Source: Octopus vulgaris
Taxonomy: Eukaryota
DNA length: 64,000 nt
Reading direction: 5' to 3'
NCBI GenBank assembly: GCA_951406725.2
Contig: OX597832.1
Span: forward strand, 48,918,001 to 48,982,000
Made by a program: the position numbers and the translations under genes. Shown here in pieces: positions 26,062-39,080 of the stretch. Position 1 is the first letter of the stretch. Each line of letters begins with the position of its first letter. The notes under the pieces were generated by a model. The model did no database searches, had not been told where the DNA came from, and saw only the letters and a list, made by a program, of their open reading frames with translations.

Positions 26062-26393
26062 TAGGAGTGGCTGTGTGGTAAGTAGCTTGCTTACCAACCA
26101 CATGGTTCCGGGTTCAGTCCCACTGCGTTGCACCTTGGGCAAGTGTCTTCTATTATAGACTCGTGCCGACCAAAGACTTGTGAGTGGATTTGGAAGACGG
26201 AAACTGAAAGGAGCCTGTCGTATATATGTATATATATATGTGTATGTGTGTGTATGTGTTTGTGTGTCCGTGTTTGTCTCCCCAACATCGGTTGACAACC
26301 GATGCTGGTATGTTTACGTCCCCGTAACTTAGCGGTTCGGCAAAACAGACCGATAGAATAAGTACTACGCTTATAAAGAATAAGCTTACAAAG

Positions 26394-26395
<2 letters not shown>
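26062..26395 (+). mobile_element. SINE family A, 3'-truncated
   Basis: GGAGTGGCTGTGTGGTAAGTAGCTTGCTTACCAACCACATGGTTCCGGGTTCAGTCCC. Confidence 0.85.
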
Positions 26396-26433
<38 letters not shown>

Positions 26434-26599
26434 ACTTTGAGAAAAATGGATTACGAGACTCGAAGAGTTTCGGGAAAAATTAATTTTAGTATTTTTCCAG
26501 CGTTCTGCATTCTGCGTTCAAATCCCACCGTGAGGAAGTTTACCTTCCAGTATCAGCCGAGGGCTCCGGCTGGTTTGATTGACTAATCCTCACCTCGCA

Positions 26600-26647
<48 letters not shown>

Positions 26648-26651
26648 GCTG

Positions 26652-26694
<43 letters not shown>

Positions 26695-26790
26695 CACTAA
26701 CACTACTACTACTACTATCACTGCTGTTGTTGCGGCTGCTACTATTTTTACTACTAGTTAAAATGCTACTGTTGCTGCTACTACTATTAC
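26600..26790. repeat. (CTA)n trinucleotide microsatellite
   Basis: Direct reading. Confidence 0.9.
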
Positions 26791-27164
26791 TGTTGCGGTG
26801 GAAGTTTCTTCTGCCGAATGCAGTTTCAATAAATAATACGGCGAAATTAAATATTCACGGGAGTAATTACTTCCGATGGTTCATATAAAATGAATGCAAA
26901 ATTGTCTATCGAAACTCAAAGGTAATTATGCACAACACAGTTGTGAATGTACGTACACACACACACACACAAATACGCGCAAATTTACATACACTCAGAG
27001 ACACACAAACACACACATACATATACACACAGGCATATATGTGTGTGTATGTGTGTGTGCATATATATGTATAGTAGACGTAACATTAGAAACTTCTACA
27101 AAAGTAATTGTCCTTTTAATTATGCATATGTTTATGTTTTTTTCACATAAAAAAATATATATTA

Positions 27165-27369
27165 TTGAGTTGGTGCATAATTATTGCGGCTGTTTTTTCA
27201 ACAAATTTTATTCAATAAAAACAATAACAACATGTAACGAAAACATATTCAAATGATTATTCCGGAGCATATTCACCATCTACTTCAGTTACTGCTTCCA
27301 CTTTGCTTGGTAGACGGTCAGACTTTTCATTTAAAGATGTTTTTGTTAAATAATTATGCACCAACTCAA
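27165..27369. mobile_element. Tc1/mariner MITE
   Basis: TIRs TTGAGTTGGTGCATAATTATT / AATAATTATGCACCAACTCAA, with TA on both sides. Confidence 0.8.
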
Positions 27370-27472
27370 TAATGAATCTGTTTATGTGTTTTTGTGCGTG
27401 TGTCTGTGTGTCTATGTTTGTGTCTGAGAATAGACAGATAGATTAGGTAGGTAGGTAGATAGATAAATAAAT

Positions 27473-27520
<48 letters not shown>

Positions 27521-27660
27521 GGTTTTGAAGGACGCTACAACGAAATCCTTCAGACGATTGTCCGGTAAGTTAAGGCCGAAGCCTTTTAATAGATATGTTA
27601 TATCTCTTTCCTATTCTGTCTCAAATTGTTGGTTAATGTGTTCAATATCTTTTAAGTCGA

Positions 27661-27727
<67 letters not shown>

Positions 27728-27988
27728 CAGTTATACCTTAAATACAAATGCATTCTGCATAAAACACTCACCCCCCTTTCACCAAGATTTCCTTTATGAC
27801 TCATTATATATCAAGTATTTTAAGGGAATAATTCGTTCTACTCTAAGCACAAAGCCGTAAATTTTGTGAGAGGATGCTTGTCGATTTCATCAACCCCAGT
27901 GCTTCACTGGTATTTATTTTATCGACTCCAAAATGATGAAGGGCAAAGTTGATCTCAGCGAAATAGAACTCTAAGCGTATATATAGAC

Positions 27989-28620
27989 CAGTGGTAGGAA
28001 ACCACTGGAACGCGTGCCAAACATGGCACGCCAATAACTTGTTTCTTATTTCTCTAATGCTCACAACGGCAAAGATGAGCTCGGTGGAATTTGAACTCAG
28101 AACGTAGCAGCAGACGAAATACCTACTTCTTTACTGCCCATAAGGGATAACACAGAGAGGGGACAAACAAGGACAGACACGGATTAAGTCGATTATATCG
28201 ACCCCAGTGCGTAAATGGTACTTATTTAATCGACCCCGAAAGTACGAAAGGCAAAGTCAACCTCGGCGGAATTTGAACTCAGAACGTAGCGGCAGACGAA
28301 ATACCTATTTCTTTACTACCCACAAGGAGCTAAACACAGAGAGGACAAACAAGTACAGACAAACGGATTAAGTCGATTATATCGACCCCAGTGCGTAACT
28401 GGTACTTATTTAATCGACCCCGAAAGTACGAAAGGCAAAGTCGACCTCGGCGGAATTTGAACTCAGAACGTAACGGCAGCCGAAATACTGCTAAGCATTT
28501 CGCCCAGCGTGCCAACGTTTCTGCCAGCTCGCCGCCTCATAACTTGTTTCTGGCACGCGAAACCCTCTCTCTAATAACCCTTCATTTAACGACTTTCTCT
28601 CAATAGTATATAGCAGCTTT
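27989..28620 (+). mobile_element. hAT-like element left end, interrupted by a SINE B multimer
   Basis: Starts CAGTGGTAGGAAACC with subterminal GCGTGCCAAACATGGCACGC and resumes after 28551 with GGCACGCG. The right boundary is uncertain. Confidence 0.5.
28047..28538 (-). mobile_element. SINE family B multimer (~2.3 units) with a 13 bp TSD
   Basis: TSD ATAACTTGTTTCT at 28034-28046 and 28539-28551. Confidence 0.9.
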
Positions 28621-29082
28621 TTACTGCTCAGGTGCATTTTACATTACAAATTAGTCCAACCTTTATTTAATGGTCTCCTCCCAGACGCGGCCAGTGTTTT
28701 GGTTTCAGCCTCCGTAACTGGTATTCGTTGACAAGACAACCGCCTCACCTACTTATTAAAAATTTCTCTCGATGCGCGCAACAGCAATGATGTCATCATT
28801 CTGCCATGTTCTTGCAGTGCTGAATAGAGGAAAGTGCGTGAGCGAATGAATGACAAGCAAACGCCGAGGCCGTTTAAAGAATTTAACATATCGGAAAGGT
28901 TTCCTTCGACAGTCGACACGCCTTCTTCCTGACGTAGTAATTCAACTGCGCCTTACGAATCGAGTTGACTGGCGTAAGTTACAATTAATACATTATGCTC
29001 TATTTGTCCATATCTATTCTGTTATTTTGTTTGGAAAATATTTCTAACTTACCGCATTTATGCTTTTATCAATAGGCCTCAG

Positions 29083-29460
29083 CACTAGCGTGACTAGAGT
29101 GTGTGCCGCCCGTGGCGGCCCTCCCGTTTCCCACCCGCGGACCCCACAAAAACATATATTGCCTGCAGCAATAACTTACAACAGGTTGAAAAGTGCCGCC
29201 CCTTTAAAAGTGTCGTCCAGGGCGGACCGCCCCAACCAGGCCCCTAGCTAATCTAGTGGGCCTCCCTAGCTACTCCAGTGGGCCTCACTGACGTATTTAG
29301 GGGTAGTGGCCACCCTAGCTACTCTAGTGGGCTTCAGTAGCCCACTTTCAACAACAGATTGAAAATTAGCGCCCCTTTAAAAATATTGCCCGGGGCGGAC
29401 CGCCCCAACCAGACCCCTGGCTAATCTAGTGGGCCACCCTAGCAACTCTACTGGGCCTCA
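29083..29460. mobile_element. GC-rich hAT-type MITE with a reiterated right end
   Basis: Left end CACTAGCGTGACTAG follows GGCCTCAG. Right-end variants CTAGCTA.TC.AGTG-GGCC occur about five times, and a ~175 bp block is duplicated. Confidence 0.55.
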
Positions 29461-29758
29461 TTGACGTATTTTGGGGGGCATCGGCATGATTGTATTATAC
29501 CTTGTGACTTGTGTGACTATTTGTGACAACAGGTTTGATTATTCTGGCTATACGAGTGTAAAACATGTTCCGTATAACGTATATCTGGTCGGATTAGAAA
29601 TCCTTGTAATAATAGATAAGTTTTCTAGATTTGTTTCTTTCTAAAACAGATCCGATCTTTATATATTAAACGTAAGTTTACCTTTATTTACCTTTATGCA
29701 GTCCTTCCCTGATTTCCTATCATGCTGATTGTTATGACTTATGAATACAGTAAATATA

Positions 29759-30066
29759 TTGGGTTATCCGGAAAATTCGTGCCGATTTATAGTAGCTTAC
29801 ATTTCGACTTATTTTAGAACATGGTTGAGTCCATAAAATAGGATTTGACTACACCTCCATTTAGTGCACATTTTAAGCTATCTTATCGTGGAAGAATGTT
29901 TATGTTCCTATAACCTGTCTTAATTCTGTAACCCTTTAAAATGGAAGATAAGAAAGTTCATTTTCAGCACTTGATGCTTTGGGAACCAGACAAAAATTGC
30001 TGCAGCTCGGCTGGGATGTGTTACCCCACTCTCCATATTCACCAGATATTGCACCTTCAGATTTCT
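29759..30066 (+). mobile_element. Internally deleted mariner relic
   Basis: TIR TTGGGTTATCCGGAAAATTCGTGCCGATTT (same family as 42974). It encodes WDVLPHSPYSPDIAPSDF, the mariner YSPDLAP motif. Confidence 0.8.
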
Positions 30067-30072
30067 ACACAC

Positions 30073-30108
<36 letters not shown>

Positions 30109-30222
30109 TCTTGACGTGTTGAATTAATTCTTGAGAACAATTCCTTGGTGGCGGATTCCCTTTGCGGATCTATATCTAGCGTTAGAGCGTCCACATAGTG
30201 AATTCTCTCTTATTGTTTTGAA

Positions 30223-30288
<66 letters not shown>

Positions 30289-31968
30289 GCATATGTGTCT
30301 TTGTGTGTCTGTGTTTGTCCCCCAATCGTCGCTTGACAACCGATGATGCTGGTGCTTTTACGTCCCCGTAACTTAGCAGTTCGGCAAATCGAGCTTCTGA
30401 ACCTCACTGACATTCTAACCTTTAAAGTGAACAGCCGAACACAAGTGCAATTCAGATAACGCTTACAAAGTCTGCATCACATGGAATGCGTCGTTGAAGC
30501 AGTATCGAAACTTAGACTAAATTCTCAGCTGTCACAACGTCACTCAATTGCGTGGTTTTCCGAAATTCGAAGCTTTCTACCGACGTAAAAAGTAATCGAT
30601 ATTTGACCTGTTTTAACACTTATCTCATGGACATTTCTTCCTGTGTTAGCAATAAAACTGTAAGTACTAGCTTCCAATGAATTCATTTTGCCTAAAGTAT
30701 AAAATGTTTTGTTTAAAAGTCTAAGACCTATAATCTTTTATGACTTCAAGTAACATTAGAACTCACCTGTCGCTAATGGAATCACAAAGACATGATAAAG
30801 TTGTCAGTGTTTTATCATAGCATCAATTCCTTTGGAATATGGTGCTTACGCGTACATCTAAGTACAATGCAATAGTCCAGCTGACTACCTATAGAGATAG
30901 AGAAAGCTATTTGCTTTAAATTCAAGAATCTTTTGATAGACACGCAAGAAGCTTTCCGTTTCATGTATAATATAAGATGAAGCTAATTAAATATGTGAGC
31001 TGTAAAATTAGATCTAGAGATTGGAATCAGGCAATTAGAACTGAAAGATCCATAGTTAGGAGTAGGCGAAATTGACGAGATACAACACAGAAATAAAGAA
31101 CGAAATAAGAAACTATTATCACAGAAGTATCAGATTAATATTGGTATCAGGTTTTGGCACAACACTGACAATTTGTGGGTAGGGGCAAGTCGATTATATC
31201 GATCCCAGTTTTCAACTGATACTTATTTTATCGTGAACCCTTTTCAAATGTGCAAAGATTTATATAAGTGCATGGATCTATGTGTGACAGAGATAAAAAC
31301 GTGTGGACATACACATGTATGTTTGTGTGTATGTATATGTATATACATATATATATATATATCAATAATACAGTGACTGTTTCTTATCAGGAACAAAATG
31401 TTTAATAGGACTGCTATAGAAGTGCTCAATTGAATGAGACAAATATATCAAACTAAGGTTACAGAACAAACAAAGGCAAGGTCATCCACATAACATTTCA
31501 TATCTCGAACATTGAATCATAGAATATACATTTATGACATCACGGAAGATGAAACATAACTCATCTGTACAAGCATATAAGAAAGTGCAAGAAAAATCTG
31601 TGAATACAGTTTATCACGGTTAAAGTTTATACTTTAGCGATTAAGAAATATATATTTTTTAAAAAACATTCCAACACCTAGAAAATAAATACGTAAAATA
31701 TAGTATAAAGTAATATATAAATATATAGGTATATAAGAATATATAAATATATATATATATATATATAAACAAGTCAAATTGCGATAAAATAAAATATTAT
31801 CGCTGGTATTTCTAGCACAAGCCATATATTTTTCATATATCAGTACATTAAGGCGAAATATGTGCTAGAAACACAGAAGCTAGATAAATTTAGTGAAATG
31901 AAGATAAAAACATTTACTAACTCGGTTCCTCTTAGACTGCAGTTTCGTTCTTTTCAGCAATAAAGATA

Positions 31969-32023
<55 letters not shown>

Positions 32024-32289
32024 AAGCGTATAAATAAGTAATATATAATATATAATGTAAAAATAAAAGTTCATCGTTTAGAAAATCTTTTAAAAATTAC
32101 AATTCAAATAAGGAAAACCTATAGTTAAAAACCAGTGTCCAAGCAAGAATGTATGTATATACATATATACATGCATATATACATACATACATACATACAT
32201 ATATACATACATGCGAGACAAAGTTGGTCCAAAGACACCCCAAATGCTGCTAAGTATAATTGCCCGCGTGCAAACGTTTCTTAATTCCT

Positions 32290-32455
32290 TATTGCCCGCA
32301 AGGGGTTAAACATAGAGGGGACAAACAAGGACAGACAAACGGATTAAGCCGATTACATCGACCCCAGTGCGTAACTGGCACTTAATTTATCGACCCCGAA
32401 AGGATGAAAGGCAAAGTCAACCTCGGCGGAATTTGAACTCAGAACGTAACGGCAT
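32290..32455 (-). mobile_element. SINE family B unit
   Basis: CGACCCCGAAAGGATGAAAGGCAAAGTCAACCTCGGCGGAATTTGAACTCAGAAC. Confidence 0.85.
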
Positions 32456-32770
32456 ATAACAAAATACGTTAAAATGAACTTCAGAACCCGAATAATGCAA
32501 CGCAACGAAGGAGAAGTTAGTGAATGATATCAACCATAGATTTACACAATCTTGGGATTTCAATGGACGAGACAATATACAAGACACACTAATGAAAGAA
32601 AACATTTAGGAGAGAATACATACATTAATAAATAAAGTAGTTCTAAATGCAAAACAAAATGAAGATAAGTGTACATACTCTGGTTTTCTTAGTATTAAGT
32701 TATAGCTCTAAAATTTCAAGTCAAAGCTGAACGCCTTAGTAAGGTTTAACAGAAAACAATAACAATAACA

Positions 32771-32937
32771 TAGGCGCAAGATTGGCTGTGTGGTAAGTAG
32801 CTTGCTTACCAACCACATGGTTCTGGGTTCAGTCCCACTGCGTGGCCCCTTGGGCAAGTGTCTTCTACTATAGCCTCAGGCCGACCAAAGCCTTGTGAGT
32901 GGATTTGGTAGACGGAAACTGAAAGAAGCCCGTCGTA

Positions 32938-32995
<58 letters not shown>

Positions 32996-33238
32996 GTGTG
33001 TGTGTGTGTGCGTGTGTGTGTATGTTTGTGTGTCTGTGTTTGTCCCCCTAGCATTGCTTGACAACCGATGCTGGTGTGTTTACGTCCCCGTAACTTAGCG
33101 GTTCGGCAAAAAGAGACCGATATAATAAGTACTGTGCTTACAAAAGAATAAGTCCCGGGGTCGAGTTGCTCGACTAAAGGCGGTGCTCCAGCATGGCCGC
33201 AGTCAAATGACTGAAACAAGTAAAAGAGTAAAGAGTAA
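32771..33238 (+). mobile_element. SINE family A, full length
   Basis: tRNA-like head GGCGCAAGATTGGCTGTGTGGTAAG..GGTTCAGTCCC, internal (TA)/(TG)n, tail GGCGGTGCTCCAGCATGGCCGCAGTCAAATGACTGAAAC, and (AGTAAAG) 3' repeats. Confidence 0.9.
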
Positions 33239-33541
33239 ATTAAATCTTTATTATTAGAATGCTACATACAAAATCTGATATACAAGGGCTATATTTAATA
33301 AAGAAAGAAAAAGACTACTTTCACAGAAACAGTTTGAGAATTACATATAAATATGCATAAAATAACTCCAAGGTTTACGAATATCTACAGCCAAAAGGAC
33401 ATACTATCAGAAACATCTGCATATATATTGTTTAGAATGTTGAGTCAAAAAAATGCTTATAAAACTAAAACAAGAGTACACATGCGCATGTAACACAAAA
33501 TTGACCTCAGTTATCGAAAGTATTAAATATAAGTCTTTGGA

Positions 33542-33547
33542 TAATGA

Positions 33548-33595
<48 letters not shown>

Positions 33596-33596
33596 A

Positions 33597-33628
<32 letters not shown>

Positions 33629-33687
33629 AACTACTACAACTACTACTACTACTACTACTACTACTATTACTAATACTAATAATAATA

Positions 33688-33728
<41 letters not shown>

Positions 33729-33827
33729 AATAATAAAATAATAATAATAATAATAATAATAATGATGATGATGATAATAATAATAATAATAAGGATAATA
33801 ATAATGATGATGATAATAATAATAATG

Positions 33828-33878
<51 letters not shown>

Positions 33879-34048
33879 TAATAATAATAATAATAATAAA
33901 ATTAAAATAATAATAATAAAATAATAATATTAAAATAATAATAATAATAAAAAAACAATAATAATAATAATAATAATGATAATAATAATGATGATGATGA
34001 TAATAATAATGATAATAATAATAATAATAATAATGATAATAATAATAA

Positions 34049-34079
<31 letters not shown>

Positions 34080-34115
34080 AAGAAGAAGAAGAAGAAGAAT
34101 AGTAATAACAATAAT
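33542..34115. repeat. Compound trinucleotide array (CTA)n-(GAT)n-(TAA)n-(GAA)n
   Basis: Direct reading. Confidence 0.95.
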
Positions 34116-34418
34116 CCTCATCATCAGGATTATATTATTTTTATTGTCCCCGGGAGACACATAAAGACAAAACATTAATAATACACAGCGACCACCAAAC
34201 GTTTTAGTGTTAAAGACATACATAGATACATATATATACATAACACCCTCACCAAACACACACACACACATACACACACATGCACACAAACAAATGAAAG
34301 TAAAATATTACACATACACAAGTATATACATGAGAGTACATATATATATGCCATATATATATGTATGTATGTATATATGTGTATGTATATACATACACAC
34401 ACACACATATATATACAC

Positions 34419-34491
<73 letters not shown>

Positions 34492-34706
34492 CAGACACAC
34501 ACACATATATATATATACAGACACACACACATATATATACCGACAGGCAACACAATTGCACATGCATATACAAAATCATATTGGCACAAACACTTACGTG
34601 TGTGTGTGTACACATATCTATCTATCTGTCTATTTATCTATATATCTATATATGTATGCACATATCTGTACATATATATATATACATGTATATGAAAACA
34701 TGTGTG

Positions 34707-34751
<45 letters not shown>

Positions 34752-34772
34752 CATGTATATGAATACATGTAT

Positions 34773-34811
<39 letters not shown>

Positions 34812-35203
34812 ATACTTGTATATGAATACATGTATGCATTATATGTAAGTATTTATGCATGTGTGTATATATGTATATGTATACGTGTACACGTTTTTAT
34901 CTCAGTCATACATACACCGGGGCATATGCACATAAATACATAAATCTTTGAATTATATATATATATTTGAAAATGATACACGGTTGGGTGACTTATAGTT
35001 TTGTATAAGACTGTTAAAGGCCTCCAAAACAATACAGAAGTTTTCCTTTGTTTATAGATATCTTTACAGTCAAAAGATATTTATTCCGCAAATAAACATA
35101 AAATCTTTTTGTGCCATATCTAATATTGCCGGAAAATCGGTGACGCGAATTTCATAGTTGCAATTTGTGCTGTTTCAGGTTGAGGGCGACCACCATTACA
35201 CAC

Positions 35204-35256
<53 letters not shown>

Positions 35257-35274
35257 TATATATATGTATATATT

Positions 35275-35363
<89 letters not shown>

Positions 35364-35441
35364 CATATATAAATATATATATATATATATACATACATAT
35401 ATATATATAAATATATATATATATACATATATATATAAATA

Positions 35442-35532
<91 letters not shown>

Positions 35533-35761
35533 GTATGCATCTGTATGCTCATAATATTCCATATATACATATTTCTGTAATAAAACGTCGAGGTTATAAA
35601 CTTCTGTAAACTTTCCTATGAAGATACTATTCATTTCCAATTTAGGTAAAAGATCGCAATTTCCAAGGGAAGGTCTGAGTCGATTGCATAGACACCAGTG
35701 CTCCACTGGTACTTATCTTAACGACTCCGATAGGACGAAAGTCACACTTCACCGAGGCAAG

Positions 35762-35997
35762 GCTGCGAGCTGGCAGAAACGTTAGCACGCCGGGCGAAAT
35801 GCTTAGCGGTATTTCGTCTGCGTTACGTTGTGAGTTCAAATTCCGCTGAGGTCGACTTTGCCTTTCATCCTTTCGGGGTCGATAAATTAAGTACCAGTTA
35901 CACACTGGGGTCGATGTAATCGACTTAATACCTATGTCTGTCGTTGTTTGTCCCCTCTGTGTTTAGCCCCTTGTGGGTAATAAAGAAATAGGTATTT
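35762..35997 (+). mobile_element. SINE family B (head plus one unit)
   Basis: GCGAGCTGGCAGAAACGTTAGCACGCCGGGCGAAATG...AAAGAAATAGGTATTTC. Confidence 0.9.
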
Positions 35998-36042
35998 CAA
36001 TGTCACATAGCAATACAAATAACGACAAAAACATCAATAAGG

Positions 36043-36139
<97 letters not shown>

Positions 36140-36156
36140 TGATAATAATAATAATA

Positions 36157-36349
36157 CACACGTATTGAGAAGAGCATTGTCGATGTGAGAACTGTTGCTG
36201 CTCATGTATTTTAATTTAACAAAAAATAAAATGAACGAACTACTGAATTTGGTTTAATGGCCTACCAATGTATACTATGAGTTTCTTTGCCCTAGGAGTC
36301 GGGAAGACACTCGGCAAGAAATGGAAGCAAATTTGAAAGAAGAAAAAAA

Positions 36350-36445
<96 letters not shown>

Positions 36446-36612
36446 ACAGTAATAACATCCATGAATTTATTTATTTATTCATTTTTAAATACATATTTCA
36501 TCTGTGAATTTTCGTGTGTAATCTGGGAATGCATACAATGAGCTTCTCTGCCCTAGGTGTATGGAAAACACCCGGCGAGAAACGGAAGAAAATTTGAAGA
36601 AAGAAGGAAATA
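36157..36612 (+). mobile_element. Two Dong/R4-like LINE 3' ends inserted in (TAA)n
   Basis: The first copy encodes THVLRRALSM* (compare the R4/Dong C-terminus TAHILRKVL). Both share the 3' UTR TGCCCTAGG.GT..GGAA.ACAC.CGGC.AGAAA.GGAAG.AAATTTGAA followed by TAA repeats. Confidence 0.65.
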
Positions 36613-36614
36613 AC

Positions 36615-36668
<54 letters not shown>

Positions 36669-36709
36669 GTAATAATAATAATAAAAATAAAAATAATAAT
36701 AATAATAAA

Positions 36710-36883
36710 TACCCTGATGCAGTACCAGACAGTGACTCTCGTGGCTTCTGATCTTAACTGATTGGAAGTGTTAACATGCAAATTGTTTTGTATTGGTATA
36801 AATTATGGGCTACAGCAAATATTATTCTGCTCAATACCACAGATTTGCTTGTCAGTTGTTTGACCGTAACCAGTTGATCATGT
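36710..36883 (+). mobile_element. Interspersed repeat, family uncertain
   Basis: GGGCTACAGCAAATAT..TGCTCAATACCACAGATTTGCTTGTCAGTTG matches 54620-54920 in reverse complement. Both copies abut (TAA)n. Confidence 0.65.
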
Positions 36884-37404
36884 ATGCAAATATATGTATA
36901 TATATATATACATATACATAGATGTATTTGTGTAGATGTATATATATATATATATATATATATCCATTCTACTATACATTTGGATATGAATGTGGATATA
37001 AAAACCTCTACAGTGTAACTCGAATTGATAAAAAGAAGAGAATAGTGACGAAGGAAAGCATGAACTTCACAACCTCCCATCCAGCATAACAAATAAACAT
37101 ATACGAATTCTTATTGAAACACACATCTTTTCCTTTTGAATTTTTGTTAGTATTCCAATATTAAATTTCTACCGAAACACGAGTTATCATAAGAGAGTGA
37201 TTAGTATTGGTATTTTTCACTAATTAAATTTTGCTAATTAGTGTCGAGATTTATATTTAATGACTTGTTATATCAACTAAATGTTGAATAGTAATTCACA
37301 ACCGAGTTTTACGTATGTCTGTCTTATCAGAAGTTTTCGTTATTGGAATATCTTGTGTAGACTTTGCATGCAATAACGAATGCATTTTTACCTTGGAAAC
37401 ATGT

Positions 37405-37620
37405 ATCATGATGTGGTTAGGGTGTTGGTCTCGTGATCGTTAGATTGTGGTTTCGATTCCTGGATTGGGTGACCAATTGTGTTCTTGAGCAAAACCCTTC
37501 ATTTCGCATTGCTCTAGTCCGCTCAGCTGGCAAAAATGAGTAATCCGGCGACGGACCAGAACACATATGCCATGAAACCGGGAAACCGGCCTTTATGATT
37601 CAGCATGACTCAGAAGGTAA
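37405..37620 (+). mobile_element. tRNA-derived SINE family D
   Basis: GTGGTTAGGGTGT..GGTTTCGATTCCTGG..TGTGTTCTTGAGCAAAAC, homologous to 37956-38436. Confidence 0.75.
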
Positions 37621-37689
37621 CTTTACTTTTACGTTTACTTAGCTGCTGCGAGGAGACATAGATATCCTTGCGACCCCTTGGGAACATCG

Positions 37690-38520
37690 GATTATCCAAG
37701 ATGAAGTACTGGAAGAAGAAATGACTGCATACACCAGCACCCGTTTGGCAAACGACGATGTCTTGGTAACATGTACTATACCATCGCTAAATGTCTTGAG
37801 GAGACAGACACCCTTACCTCACGACGCTTTCATCTATGACCCATTGCAATATCCAAGCTGTGACAGCCGAAAGAAAAGAAAGGCGCATGCCCTAGCATCC
37901 GGTTGGTACTCACTAAAACTGAAAGGTAATATTTATCCCCACTTAAATGTGGATGGTGGAGGCGTATGGCTTACTGGCTAGGGTGTCAGCATCATGATCG
38001 TAAGATTCTGGTTTCGATTCCTGGACCGAGCGACGCGTTGTGTTCTTGAGCAAAACACTTCATTTCACGTTTCTCCAGTCCTCTCAGCTGGTAAAAATGA
38101 CAACGCTGCCATAGACTGGCGTCCCGTCCAGCTGGGGAACACGTACGCCATAGAAACTGGCGCATTTATTTTAAAATGTGGAGGCACGTGGCTTAGTGGT
38201 TAGGGTGTCAGCACCATGATCGAAAGATTCTAGTTTCGATTCCTGGACCGGGCGACGCGTTGTGTTCTTGAGCAAAACACTTCTTTCCACGTTGTTCCAG
38301 TCCACTCAGCTGGCAAAAATGAACACTGCGATGGACAGGCGTCTCGTCTAACTGGGGAACACATACGCCATTGAAACCGGGAAACCGGGCCCATGAGCCT
38401 GGTTAGGCTTTAAAAGGGCGCATTTATTATTATTTATAAATGTGGATGTTCTGATAGAACAAACTATACTGCGTTAGATACCATTAGAGAAATACTCATA
38501 TTAACTTTTGGTGCCAAAGG
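37690..38520 (+). pseudogene. CRE/R2-group LINE 3' relic, interrupted by SINEs
   Basis: Peptides HPFGKRRCLGN and KGNIYPHLNVDVLIEQ (joined across the SINE insert) align to the opposite-strand copy at 38575-39080. Confidence 0.4.
37956..38436 (+). mobile_element. SINE family D tandem dimer with a 12 bp TSD
   Basis: TSD TAAATGTGGATG at 37944-37955 and 38437-38448. Two heads GGAGGC.(T/C)GTGGCTTA.TGG.TAGGGTGTCAGCA. Confidence 0.85.
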
Positions 38521-38574
38521 CACTCTTATTTATATCGCTAGATTTATTTCCCTGCTAGCAATATAAGCAAGCAT

Positions 38575-39080
38575 GCATTTTGCACCAAATATAAGAGTTT
38601 CTCTCATTGTATGTACCTCATTAAAATTTGTTCTATCAGAGCATCCATGTTTAAGTGGAGATAAATATTACCTCTTTGTATTGATACTGCCTCTGTCGCT
38701 GATATATTTTCCCTAAAACTGAGTAGACTAAAACAACAAAGTGTTTTGCTCATGGACTCAGCACACCATATGTTCTTGGAGTGAAAACCCACGACGTTAT
38801 AAACATAATACAATGTCACACTCCATAACAAGCTTTGCTAAAAGGTTATATGTTTGGGAGAGAAGATACCGATTTAAATTACTGCAGTACTTGTATTATC
38901 TCCATGTTATCAATTGTTGTACAGGAAGTTGGATTGGCAGAATTGATAGATACATTGTGGTATTTGCATTCTGAGTTCTTGGGTGGTGGCCTCAAAAAGG
39001 CATCCGGTTTAGCATCGGTACAATACTTTGTATAAGTGTCTTTAACTATAAGCACAAGTCGACTCGAGAGCTGGAAGAAA
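38575..39080 (-). pseudogene. CRE/R2-group LINE restriction-like endonuclease relic
   Basis: Ordered motifs KPD..YHNVSI..KY..PFSKACYGV..AVSIQRGN across frameshifts, resembling RPD..DVT..KY..PF..G..SIAIQRGN of CRE-clade ORFs. Confidence 0.45.
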
